DNA of 60,797 bases, taken from positions 1 to 60,797 of the IMG/VR virus record IMGVR_UViG_3300037357_000143. One strand, written 5' to 3'. Positions within the stretch are counted from its first letter, which is position 1, and the number at the start of each line of letters is the position of its first letter. Shown here one piece after another: positions 19,116 to 28,466 of the stretch. The notes beneath the pieces are model-generated. The model saw only the letters and a list, made by a program, of their open reading frames with translations, ran no database searches and was not told where the DNA came from. Source of the stretch: a virus. Lineage: Duplodnaviria > Caudoviricetes. The position numbers were made by a program, and so were the translations under genes.

Positions 19116-19437
19116 TAGCTCAACATGTTATATAATTACGAATAAAACAAATAAAGATCTTGAGTTAGAAGAATTTGTAAAAGAAAACCCTCAATTATTA
19201 AAACAATTTCTTAGAGAATATAATTGGTATGCAAGGGAAAAAGAATTTAATCCTGAAATGATGATTTCTTGTGCTAAAAAAAGAGAACGGCTAAAATCAG
19301 GAATTAATTACAGGGAATTTGGAGATCATAATGATCCAGTAGATAATGATGTTCTTGGCCATGTGTTTGATTATATTTTACGCAAAAATGGAGAATCAAA
19401 ACGATTTAAATGGGAATTTGATTATTTTAATAGGTGA
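19081..19437 (+). CDS. DFVTNSSS-motif protein 2
   Basis: identical DFVTNSSSTCY at residues 7-17. Confidence 0.8.
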   Translation: MVRVKRDFVTNSSSTCYIITNKTNKDLELEEFVKENPQLLKQFLREYNWYAREKEFNPEMMISCAKKRERLKSGINYREFGDHNDPVDNDVLGHVFDYILRKNGESKRFKWEFDYFNR

Positions 19438-21227
19438 TAAGAAAGATGTATGTAGAATTATACGACTCAGATACAATAGATGGTTGGATTGATTGCCCAT
19501 TTAAATATGATGAGGAACTGGTAAATATATTTAGGAAGCAACCTAAAAGAACTTATGATGGTGCTCGTCGTATTTGGTCTATCCCAAAAGATGGTGTAAG
19601 TCATCTTATAGCTGATTGTAAAAAGGCAAGTATAGATGTTATAGATAAACGTGGGAATGGTGAAAAAGCAAACCATAATATGGCCGTTACTATTCGGAAC
19701 GATGGTTTTATCACTAATTTTGGTGAAGTTAAAGTACGTCCTGAAATGAGTCGTATGTATTACCTCAAAAGACCTCGTGATGGATATAGGGTTGCTGAAA
19801 TTCTAAATGCCGAAGGGTTTAAGGTTAAGGTTAAAGATAAAGTAAAAAATAATCCAATTAAGATGCATCCAAACGTTCAGTTATATCCATTTCAAGAAGA
19901 ATGTATGCAATTCTTACGCCAAAATGATTATAACGGTTTAGTTGCCCTCGATATAGGTTTAGGAAAGACAATGGTGTCCTGTAAGGCTATTGAAGAAATA
20001 GGAAAGGGCCCAGTCCTCGTGGTTGCGCCCTCCTCTCTATTATATCAATGGAAAGAGGAAATGGAAACTAAATTCAGTTATATGAATGCGACAGTAGTAA
20101 CAAGTAAAATAAAAGCGGAAGATAGATTAGAAGCAGTAGAACGAGCACTTAAAGGCGGGATAATGATAACTAATTATGAATTTCTTCGCACCATTCCTAT
20201 TAAATTCCAAGTAGAACTGTTAATTCTTGACGAAGCTCATAGAGTTAGAAACTGGAATACAAAGACTGCAAAAGTGATAGGAAATATTCCTGCACGTCAC
20301 GTAATTGGCCTTACTGGGACTCCAATAGTTAATCATTTGAAAGAATTATATCATATAACAGATCAGATAAAGCCGGGATTTTTTGGAACTATGAAGAGTT
20401 TCTATGGGAAATATGTGAATAAAGATGGGTATAAATCAACATATAAAGATTTAGAAGGTGTCTATGAAAGATTAAATGACTTGATGTATCGTAAAAGAAA
20501 ACAAGATGTATTAATGCAATTGCCTAAACGCATTACACAAACAATATATGTTCAGCTTACAAAACAAGAGAGAGATTTTTATGAAGATATGTTAGCTTCC
20601 CAACCTCATATTTTAGCAGCGATTTCAAACGCGAAGGTATTTGGTGTGTCTTCAACACTTAGGATTGAGAAGTTAGATATGTCTTCAAAAGAAAAAGAAT
20701 TAATGACTGTTTTAAATGAATTACATGGACAAATTATATTATTTTGTGAGTCTAAGACAGAGGTTAAACGATTAGGAGAAATGGATTTAAAAAGAGAATC
20801 ATTTGTATTACATGGTGATTCAAATAAAGAACAGAGAGAAACGGTGAGAAAGAAATTCCGTGATTCATCAGATGGAATTCTTTTAATGACCGAGATAGGA
20901 ACAGAAGGTCTTAATTTACAATATGCAGGTAATCTTATTAATTTTTCAATACCCTGGACTTATTCAGCATTGGAGCAAAGAATAGGTAGAATTGAAAGAT
21001 TAGGAAGCGACTTCGATACGGTAAATGTGGTTAATATGCTTACAGATAATACGATCGATAATCATGTTTCGGAAGTTGTGGCGGACAAAGCTCATTTATT
21101 TAATATGACAGTGGATGGAGCAAAACAAGAAGTATCGAGGAAATTTGCTAGTGACTTATTCAGCATGGGTATAAAAGTCAATAGCGATGGTTTCTTAAGT
21201 AGAGTTAAGGAAAAGGTGAAAGCATGA
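19434..21227 (+). CDS. SNF2-family helicase/ATPase
   Basis: DIGLGKT, DEAH, LTGTPIVN, EGLNLQ, QRIGRIERLG motifs. Confidence 0.9.
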   Translation: MIRKMYVELYDSDTIDGWIDCPFKYDEELVNIFRKQPKRTYDGARRIWSIPKDGVSHLIADCKKASIDVIDKRGNGEKANHNMAVTIRNDGFITNFGEVKVRPEMSRMYYLKRPRDGYRVAEILNAEGFKVKVKDKVKNNPIKMHPNVQLYPFQEECMQFLRQNDYNGLVALDIGLGKTMVSCKAIEEIGKGPVLVVAPSSLLYQWKEEMETKFSYMNATVVTSKIKAEDRLEAVERALKGGIMITNYEFLRTIPIKFQVELLILDEAHRVRNWNTKTAKVIGNIPARHVIGLTGTPIVNHLKELYHITDQIKPGFFGTMKSFYGKYVNKDGYKSTYKDLEGVYERLNDLMYRKRKQDVLMQLPKRITQTIYVQLTKQERDFYEDMLASQPHILAAISNAKVFGVSSTLRIEKLDMSSKEKELMTVLNELHGQIILFCESKTEVKRLGEMDLKRESFVLHGDSNKEQRETVRKKFRDSSDGILLMTEIGTEGLNLQYAGNLINFSIPWTYSALEQRIGRIERLGSDFDTVNVVNMLTDNTIDNHVSEVVADKAHLFNMTVDGAKQEVSRKFASDLFSMGIKVNSDGFLSRVKEKVKA

Positions 21228-21409
21228 GAGTAAAACCTCTTAGTGATTATGAAAATGAGCATTTAAAATTAGTAGCACAATTTGGAACAGATGATGATTT
21301 TTTAGGATATACTGAAGAATTAAGGTTAAAATATAATTTGTCAGATAAAATAATTGATTATTTGTTTGATATAACAGATGAGATTAGGAATCCAAGGGTG
21401 TTTGGATGA
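21224..21409 (+). CDS. hypothetical protein
   Basis: GGTGA RBS; ATGA overlap. Confidence 0.6.
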   Translation: MRVKPLSDYENEHLKLVAQFGTDDDFLGYTEELRLKYNLSDKIIDYLFDITDEIRNPRVFG

Positions 21410-21434
21410 ATAGAAGAAATATAGGAGTGAAAAT

Positions 21435-21743
21435 ATGAAACGTGGAGAAAAAGGTTATTGGTTAAATACAGAAAAGAGGATTTGGCAGGATATAGTTAAA
21501 CCTTGTAAACTTTGTGGTTTTTGTCCTTATGGCCAACTTGTTGAAGAATTTCCGTTGTATCCGTACAGACCAGAGGGTGCAGACTTGAATGAATTAGCAA
21601 GAGAGGGAAAATTAGATACAAAATATTCCTGTCAGGTTTTTGGACATGACTGTCCAGTGTTTTATCACGCAGAACCGTTACATGAAGATAATGATTTGAC
21701 ACAAGAAGATATAGACGCAATGGATAAGGAATTAGGTGATTAA
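21435..21743 (+). CDS. Cys-rich hypothetical protein
   Basis: CxxCxxCPYGxLVE...CxxFGHDCP. Confidence 0.7.
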   Translation: MKRGEKGYWLNTEKRIWQDIVKPCKLCGFCPYGQLVEEFPLYPYRPEGADLNELAREGKLDTKYSCQVFGHDCPVFYHAEPLHEDNDLTQEDIDAMDKELGD

Positions 21744-22310
21744 ATGGAAATACCATATATACAAGTACCAGAATATAGTAAAATAAATATACCTAAAATA
21801 AAACCCTGGTTACCCTCAGAAGGTTTAACAAGGGCAGAACAACAAGAAGAATATGATAAATGGCATTTCACATGGCAACAATTAAATGGTATATTTAATG
21901 TAATTGATAATTATTTAAAACCTAATATTATTATAGAAAGAGATAAACTAATTTTAAATTGGTTTAAAGATTATGAATCTCATCCATTAAAGTATAAAAA
22001 TGTTGAATTAAGAGAATTAAATTTTCCTGGTGGATCCTCTATTTGTTTAATATTATATCCTCCGCAAGCTACCTGTTTTGAAGAGAATATAATAATAACA
22101 ACTATTTTAAATAGTATATGTAGATGGGATGTTTTGAAAGATATTTTAGAACATTATATGGGAACAAATATAACTCCAACTTCTCACCTAGAAATAGAAC
22201 AACAAATACAATCTCATTTGTACGATATGAGTAATAGATTAGGAATAGATTGGAAGGAATGGCTTAAGCGGAAAATAGAAATTGAAGGATATCATGTATG
22301 TGAGGAGTAA
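21744..22310 (+). CDS. hypothetical protein
   Basis: GGTGA RBS. Confidence 0.7.
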   Translation: MEIPYIQVPEYSKINIPKIKPWLPSEGLTRAEQQEEYDKWHFTWQQLNGIFNVIDNYLKPNIIIERDKLILNWFKDYESHPLKYKNVELRELNFPGGSSICLILYPPQATCFEENIIITTILNSICRWDVLKDILEHYMGTNITPTSHLEIEQQIQSHLYDMSNRLGIDWKEWLKRKIEIEGYHVCEE

Positions 22311-22312
22311 AA

Positions 22313-22606
22313 ATGGATTATGAAAATTCCTTTACACACAGAAGATCATTGATGGATTATTATATGGTTCATTATCCTTTGACCCGTGTAAAGTTCGATG
22401 CCGAAGTAGATGCTGGATATTATGATTATTGTGGAGCCAATGGCGATATCCACATTTTAATAACTGGTAAACATTGGAAGAAAGGCAAATATTATCATTC
22501 TAGAGAAATGGATGCGTGGCTTGTTGTCTTCGACTATGATAAGGATGGTGGTTTACTTGGTATCGAAATCATATGCAAAGCTGAATTGGGGGATTTGAAA
22601 GAATGA
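22313..22606 (+). CDS. DUF2283-like protein
   Basis: FDAEVDAGY...FDYDKDGGLLGIEI pattern. Confidence 0.5.
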   Translation: MDYENSFTHRRSLMDYYMVHYPLTRVKFDAEVDAGYYDYCGANGDIHILITGKHWKKGKYYHSREMDAWLVVFDYDKDGGLLGIEIICKAELGDLKE

Positions 22607-22873
22607 ATTATGAAAGTTGTTGTACTTGTGCTGAGCGGGAATCTCATTATTGTTGCATAAATTGTGAAAGATTATATGAAGATATTGGGAAGAAAAAAGG
22701 ATGTGTACACTGGATTGAAGGAATTGAGATAGGAGATGATTAAAATGGATGATAACACTACATTAGTATTAATTATAGGAATTATCCTCTTGTTCCTTCT
22801 AGGAATTGCTTTAATTGCAGTATATAGTCATTTCTCGCCCCCACAATATGTAACAGTGCCAGTACATAGTTAA

Positions 22874-23323
22874 ATGGTGATTAAAATTAGAGAAATAAAA
22901 TTCAGAGCATGGAATAAAACAGATAAGAAAATGATTTATAAACCAGAAGATAAAGAAGAAGGGAATCAAACGGTCACAGATTGTGACCGGTTGAAAATGC
23001 CTGCTGCTGATGGTAAAATGAGATTAACTGACGTAGCTAGTACAAAACAATTATTAAGATTAATTCAATCAATACCATCCCCTAATGCCGAACCTTTTAA
23101 ACTATGGTTAGCCGAAGTTGGTAAAGAAAGACTTGATGAAATAGCTGACCCCGAATTAGCAATTGAAAGAGCTATGAAAACTTATAAAGCCAAAGGTTAT
23201 TCAGATAATTGGATTAACCAACGATTAAAAACAATTGAGATGCGGAAAGAATTATGTGATGAATGGCAACGATGTGGTGTTGATGAAGGTTTTGAATATG
23301 GAATTTTGACATATATCAAATGA
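22874..23323 (+). CDS. chimera: YopX-type N-terminus fused to an internal fragment of a Bro-N/antirepressor-like protein
   Basis: REIKFRAW then LKMPAADGKMRLTDVA...QSIPSPNAEPFKLWLA...GYSDNWINQRL. Confidence 0.7.
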   Translation: MVIKIREIKFRAWNKTDKKMIYKPEDKEEGNQTVTDCDRLKMPAADGKMRLTDVASTKQLLRLIQSIPSPNAEPFKLWLAEVGKERLDEIADPELAIERAMKTYKAKGYSDNWINQRLKTIEMRKELCDEWQRCGVDEGFEYGILTYIK

Positions 23324-23331
23324 GGTTTAAA

Positions 23332-23354
23332 TGAAACCTTTTCTAAAGGTTTCA
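23332..23354. repeat. palindrome TGAAACCTTT-TCT-AAAGGTTTCA
   Basis: 10-bp perfect stem; same family as 12029. Confidence 0.75.
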
Positions 23355-23388
23355 AAGAAGGTTAAAATACTTTTAATCGAAGATTTAG

Positions 23389-23688
23389 GTGATTAAAATA
23401 TCTGGAAATCCAGTTTGCCATAAGTGTTCTAGAAAAATAGTACTAGGTTACTCTGTTAAAGATGAATTATGGGCTAAACTCCCAAAAAAATGGAATTCTG
23501 GGAGTGTCTTGTGTTTAGAATGTTTTATTGAAGAAATTGAAAAGAAGAATCCTACTCAAAAAATAACACTAAATGATTTCTATTTTTTAGCCATAATAGG
23601 AGATTATGATCACAATGATTTTGGAGGAATGATTTTAGAAAGTGATTTTAGAAAAAATAGAAGAATTGAACCGTTGGATGGTGATTAA
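23389..23688 (+). CDS. zinc-binding hypothetical protein
   Basis: CxxC...LCxxC. Confidence 0.65.
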   Translation: MIKISGNPVCHKCSRKIVLGYSVKDELWAKLPKKWNSGSVLCLECFIEEIEKKNPTQKITLNDFYFLAIIGDYDHNDFGGMILESDFRKNRRIEPLDGD

Positions 23689-23690
23689 AT

Positions 23691-23930
23691 ATGGATCATA
23701 ATAAATATAAAGAACATCTTATCAAATGGACTAAAGAACAACTCTTAAAATATGAAAAACGTTCAAGGTTAGGTGGTTATGATGAAGCTGGTTTTGCATA
23801 TCAAGAGGGCCATGTTCATGCTTATACTAAAATACTCAGAAAATTAGATGTAAATAATGAAGAAATAGAAAGAATTCTTGTTTTAGCTACAAGTGAGTTG
23901 ATAAAAAATGGAGATGAATGCAAAAGTTGA
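23691..23930 (+). CDS. hypothetical protein
   Basis: GGTGA RBS. Confidence 0.65.
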   Translation: MDHNKYKEHLIKWTKEQLLKYEKRSRLGGYDEAGFAYQEGHVHAYTKILRKLDVNNEEIERILVLATSELIKNGDECKS

Positions 23931-24023
23931 TATTGGTTGGGATGGGATAATTAATATAAAATTAAAAGGTGAAAGAGAATTAAAACAATATATCGGTCAT
24001 GTGAATTTGATATTCATGGAGCT

Positions 24024-24242
24024 ATGATGGATGCAAATCTAGGGAATTATGGAGAAATTATTCTTGGTTTATTAGAAGAAGGTTACGGATTTAAATCGGA
24101 ACATTGGGATAAAGGTAAGAAATGGATTGTTAAAAAAGAAAGAAATAGTTTAAAGCCAGATGAACTTTTAATTACGTTGAATAAAGCATTGACTCTCATT
24201 TTTAAATTATTAAATGATTATAAAAATGAAATTACGAAATAA
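24024..24242 (+). CDS. hypothetical protein
   Basis: ORF only. Confidence 0.5.
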   Translation: MMDANLGNYGEIILGLLEEGYGFKSEHWDKGKKWIVKKERNSLKPDELLITLNKALTLIFKLLNDYKNEITK

Positions 24243-24301
24243 ACGTTTAGCATTTTAAGATTCGTGGGAAAAAAATTTGAAATAGTTTGTGGAGGAATTT
24301 A

Positions 24302-25099
24302 ATGGAAGCGAGGGAAAGAATAGAATTGATAAATTTTTTAAAGAATGAAGTACATAATAGAAATGGTATACTCTTAAATGTGTGTATAAGTGGAAGCCAT
24401 TTATATGGGTGGGAATCAGAAGATTCAGATGTTGATATACGTGGGACTTTCGCTTTAAACCATCGGGAATTTTTTAAACTCTGCACTAACGGCTTACCAA
24501 GATCTAAGCGGACCATGCATATTAAAAATCACCCCAATCCAGACTATGATATTGAGTTTTTTGAATTAGGGAATGCCACCGAAAAAGCTCTCAAAAGTAA
24601 CTGCACAATTCATGAGATGTTACATGCCCCGCAGATATATCAAACAAAAGAATTTATAGATTATTTGCCAACTGTTAGAAATATTTGGGGTAAAACGATT
24701 CACTATAGTTATAAAGGGATGACTATGAATAACTATGAGGATTTTATTTGTAAAGGTAGGGCTACAGCTAAAAAGTGGCTTTATGTGTTTAGGGGTATTC
24801 TCGCAGGTCTTTATGCGCTTGAACAACATGAAATTGAACCGAATATGAATATTCTGGCTAAATATTACAGAACGCCTGGAATTAAAAAAATATTAAAGAT
24901 CAAAAAAGAAGGGAAAGAAGATGAACCATTTCATGATTCAGACACAGGTGAAATTGATGCGCTTTATAATAAATTGTTAGATAAATTCGATAAAGCATAT
25001 GAAAAAAGTGATCTACCTTACGGCCCGACAAAAGAAGAGAAAAATAAAGCATGGGATATGGTGGCTACCATCAGACAGGAATTGGGGATGAATAGATAA
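24302..25099 (+). CDS. Pol-beta superfamily nucleotidyltransferase (YcgL/RlaP, T4 NrdC.11-like)
   Basis: SGSHLYG-x5-SDVDIRG motif; KKWLYVFR. Confidence 0.85.
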   Translation: MEARERIELINFLKNEVHNRNGILLNVCISGSHLYGWESEDSDVDIRGTFALNHREFFKLCTNGLPRSKRTMHIKNHPNPDYDIEFFELGNATEKALKSNCTIHEMLHAPQIYQTKEFIDYLPTVRNIWGKTIHYSYKGMTMNNYEDFICKGRATAKKWLYVFRGILAGLYALEQHEIEPNMNILAKYYRTPGIKKILKIKKEGKEDEPFHDSDTGEIDALYNKLLDKFDKAYEKSDLPYGPTKEEKNKAWDMVATIRQELGMNR

Positions 25100-25284
25100 C
25101 TATTTATATAACAAAAAGGAAGTAATATTATGAATTCGTTTGCGGAATTTGTATTTACTGTATTTACAATACTTATCATTATTGGAGTGGTTATATTTGC
25201 ACTCGCTATAATAATCGCATTTCCTTGGTTATTTATTTTAGTAGTATTATTCGCACTGGTGTATATTTTGTTAGGAGGTAAAAC

Positions 25285-26400
25285 ATGATTTATGCCGATA
25301 AAATAGGAAGTGAATTGATATTCTGGAATGATGAAGGAAAAAAGTACAGTTATGATTTTAAAGATAAAAATTTTTGGTCATACAACGTGGGAAAAGTTAG
25401 GAAAAAAATAAAAAGTATAAATAGATTTTTAGTCAAAACTCCTGTATATAAAGTTAAATGGGTTAATAAGGCTTATGGAAGTTTTATTGAGTGGATTCGT
25501 CGTAATGAAGGGCGTTGCTCAAATATCGGGACGTTCATTAGTAGAATGGAATCTTATATTCATTTAGAAGCCTATTTTCTGTTGGGGTTTAAAATAAAAG
25601 ATATGATGGGAATAACAAAACCTCCGGAATTTTATAATAAAAAAGTTCTCAAAATGCTCATTAAACACCAAATACCAATCACTGCTAAATTGGAACGAGC
25701 ATTCAAAAATAATTATGATTTTTTAACAGATGTATTTTTCTGTTTAGATGCACTTTATGACGAGACTAGAGAAAGTCGGTTTTTTGATGAAGAACTATTT
25801 AATATAATATATTATGGGAGTGATTTAAAAGAATTAACTGTTGAATATAGATATGATATGAAACATTTACTCACCTATTTGTGTTATCTATCAGATTATG
25901 AAGCTATGAATCTTGGAAATGGGATAAGAAATTTACGAGATTATGCGCGTATGATGAGTACTATGCAAGACAAATACCTAAAATATCCCCGTAATTTACA
26001 CACGACACACGATATTGTTGTTAGAAATTTTAACAATGCCAAAAAAGAACATAATAATGAACTGTTTAAAAAATCAGTAGAAACACAATATAAATATGAA
26101 TGGAAATATAAAGATTATATTATATTAGTTCCTGAATCTACAGAGGATGTTCAAAGTGAAGGTTGTAATTTGCGGCACTGTGTAGGAGGATATATTGATT
26201 CTATTATTATGCAAAGAACAAAAATATTATTTTTGCGAAAAATTGATAATTGGGAGGAATCATTAGTTACGTTAGAGGTAAGAGATGAAAAATTAGTAGA
26301 AGCTAGAGGTTTTGGAAATCGATATGCAAATGCAGATGAAAAAAATATGTTAGAAAAATGGTGTAAAGTAAAAAATATAGAATATAGGACTAGGAGATGA
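25285..26400 (+). CDS. PcfJ-like protein
   Basis: C-terminal EGxxLRHCVGGY...LFLRK...TLEV...ARGFGN. Confidence 0.8.
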   Translation: MIYADKIGSELIFWNDEGKKYSYDFKDKNFWSYNVGKVRKKIKSINRFLVKTPVYKVKWVNKAYGSFIEWIRRNEGRCSNIGTFISRMESYIHLEAYFLLGFKIKDMMGITKPPEFYNKKVLKMLIKHQIPITAKLERAFKNNYDFLTDVFFCLDALYDETRESRFFDEELFNIIYYGSDLKELTVEYRYDMKHLLTYLCYLSDYEAMNLGNGIRNLRDYARMMSTMQDKYLKYPRNLHTTHDIVVRNFNNAKKEHNNELFKKSVETQYKYEWKYKDYIILVPESTEDVQSEGCNLRHCVGGYIDSIIMQRTKILFLRKIDNWEESLVTLEVRDEKLVEARGFGNRYANADEKNMLEKWCKVKNIEYRTRR

Positions 26401-26404
26401 TAAA

Positions 26405-26686
26405 GTGGAAATAATTAATAAAAAGAGTGGGAAATTAGAGATAAATGAATTAAACGAAAATGAGATTAATATAACTAATATAGATGACGAAATTTTTGAT
26501 GTAACAGTTAAATTTGAGGATAAAGGAATAGAAAATAAATGTTGGGCAAGAACTTTGCATATCAATAAAAAAGAAAATTCTATAAAAATGTGGGAGATGG
26601 ATATAATTTTAGGTACGCTGGTCTCAGATTTGGATACAACAATAAATGTATATGAAGATAGAGTAGAGGTAGAAGTAACAGAATGA
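26405..26686 (+). CDS. hypothetical protein
   Basis: GTG start after RBS. Confidence 0.6.
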   Translation: MEIINKKSGKLEINELNENEINITNIDDEIFDVTVKFEDKGIENKCWARTLHINKKENSIKMWEMDIILGTLVSDLDTTINVYEDRVEVEVTE

Positions 26687-26911
26687 AAAACTATTTATAT
26701 AAGTTAATATAAAAATTATTTGGAGGTGAGAATATGGCAACAGCAGTATGGGTAAAATATATAACTCGTGGTGAAACTAATGATGCAGATTTGGCAGCAA
26801 TACAAGCAATATCAGATGATTATTATGAACAGGGTTATACTTTACAACAATATTCAATGGGAGTTAATTCTATACAACATATGGAGCATGTAATGTGTTT
26901 CCAAAAATAAT

Positions 26912-27178
26912 ATGGGGGTGGTAGATATGGTAGATATAGATTTTGTTGAAGGTAAAATGAAAAAAGTTTTAGATTCGGATTTTAAAACGCAATTAACTCC
27001 TGAAGTATATGAGCAATTTATTCAGGTTGTTAATCTTAATTCAACAGTAACAAAGCTTTGGATACATGTAATTGATAATCTCTTTTTAGAACAAGAAGAG
27101 AAAATTATTGATTTAACAAATCAAATAGAGACATTAAAAGAAGAAATAGAAGAATTGGAGCAAGAACTTGAGGAATAA
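26912..27178 (+). CDS. coiled-coil hypothetical protein
   Basis: acidic heptad C-terminus. Confidence 0.65.
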   Translation: MGVVDMVDIDFVEGKMKKVLDSDFKTQLTPEVYEQFIQVVNLNSTVTKLWIHVIDNLFLEQEEKIIDLTNQIETLKEEIEELEQELEE

Positions 27179-27586
27179 TCTCCTTATTTTTTTATAGGTG
27201 ATAAAAATTAAGACAAAGGAGAATGATATTTATGGAACATCCTATAGTACAAATTGAAAAAATAAATTATGAATATAGAAAACAATTTAAAAGACTTGTG
27301 TTTGCCCAATTAACTGATAGTATTTGTGTTCCTTATGGTTCTTTAGAATCTTTAGGAGTGGAAAGAATATCTTATTGTGTAGGGAAACATACGAGATAAT
27401 AAGAATGGGGAAATGATTAAATGAATATAGAGAAAATTGAAAAACAATTAGATACAATTAATACAATAGTAGATTATGCATTTGATGATTTAAATGGAAA
27501 TGCGGTTTTTGAAGAACATGCAAAAAATATAATAGATATGACTGAAGCGATAAGAGAAGAATTGAAAAAATAAAGGGGGAACAAAA

Positions 27587-27829
27587 ATAAAAATAACGTG
27601 GTCTAAAATACTCAAATATTTAAAAGAAAATAATGATGACCCAGATAAGTGGGAACCTGAAATAGATAATTGGGATGAAGTTCGGCAGCATATCCAGGAA
27701 ATGAATCGAGCAAGTTTAGAAGATGAACCAGAATTACTAAAGGAACGTGCTAAAAAAGATGCTTGGGTTTCTAAAATGCTAGGAACTCGAGAATGGATTG
27801 AAAAATCTAAAAAGCGAAGTGAAAAATAA
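27587..27829 (+). CDS. hypothetical protein with probable ATA start (not in ORF track)
   Basis: 80-codon open frame directly after a GGGGGA RBS. Confidence 0.5.
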   Translation: MKITWSKILKYLKENNDDPDKWEPEIDNWDEVRQHIQEMNRASLEDEPELLKERAKKDAWVSKMLGTREWIEKSKKRSEK

Positions 27830-27832
27830 AAA

Positions 27833-28426
27833 TTATTTTTTGTTTTTGCTTTCTAAAATTAAGTCTTCAAATGAATGAGATACATTTATCTCTTGTCCAT
27901 TCTCAAGTTCATAAATTTTAACTAATGTGTCACGATACGAATCAATAGCATCGTTTTGAACACGCCACATTTCATTACGATTGTTTTCTATTTCAGCGCC
28001 ATTAATTACTCTTGCTTTTTGCATTGTGGCTAATTCTCGAAGCATATCAATAGGGTCAAATCCTTCTTCCCGCATGATAAGAATTTCTCTTCTTTCATCT
28101 TCTGTCCATTTCTTTGTAACTGTGGTAATGAGTCTGCTTGGGGTAGTCCCCATCTCATATTGACCTTCGCGTCCACTCTGTTTACTTCGGGTAAAAGCAG
28201 GGTCTTTATAGACTCTTAATTCATGAGCTAATCGTTCAACATCTTCTGTTGATATAAGAAATTGCTTAGCTAAAATATCATTCTCAGTCATCGAATAAAG
28301 TTTTTTGAATAATTGCCGTTCCTTTTCCGTTAATGTTTTCTCAGTTCTATTTCCCGAAATAGCTTCCTTTTTTATTATGTTTTGCTTAATTTGAACAGGA
28401 CTAAGATCAATTTTCTTTAGTGTCAT
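27833..28426 (-). CDS. HTH-containing protein, possibly terminase small subunit
   Basis: N-terminal HTH-like region, helical middle, EINVSHSFEDLI tail; TerS call is weak. Confidence 0.35.
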   Translation of the reverse strand: MTLKKIDLSPVQIKQNIIKKEAISGNRTEKTLTEKERQLFKKLYSMTENDILAKQFLISTEDVERLAHELRVYKDPAFTRSKQSGREGQYEMGTTPSRLITTVTKKWTEDERREILIMREEGFDPIDMLRELATMQKARVINGAEIENNRNEMWRVQNDAIDSYRDTLVKIYELENGQEINVSHSFEDLILESKNKK

Positions 28427-28448
28427 ATAAAGATAGAACTATTTGCAC

Positions 28449-28466
28449 GGATTAATAAAGGTTATG
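28449..28466 (-). promoter_or_regulatory. BRE/TATA-like promoter identical to 13888-13905
   Basis: 18/18 identity; 23 nt from the ATG. Confidence 0.6.
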
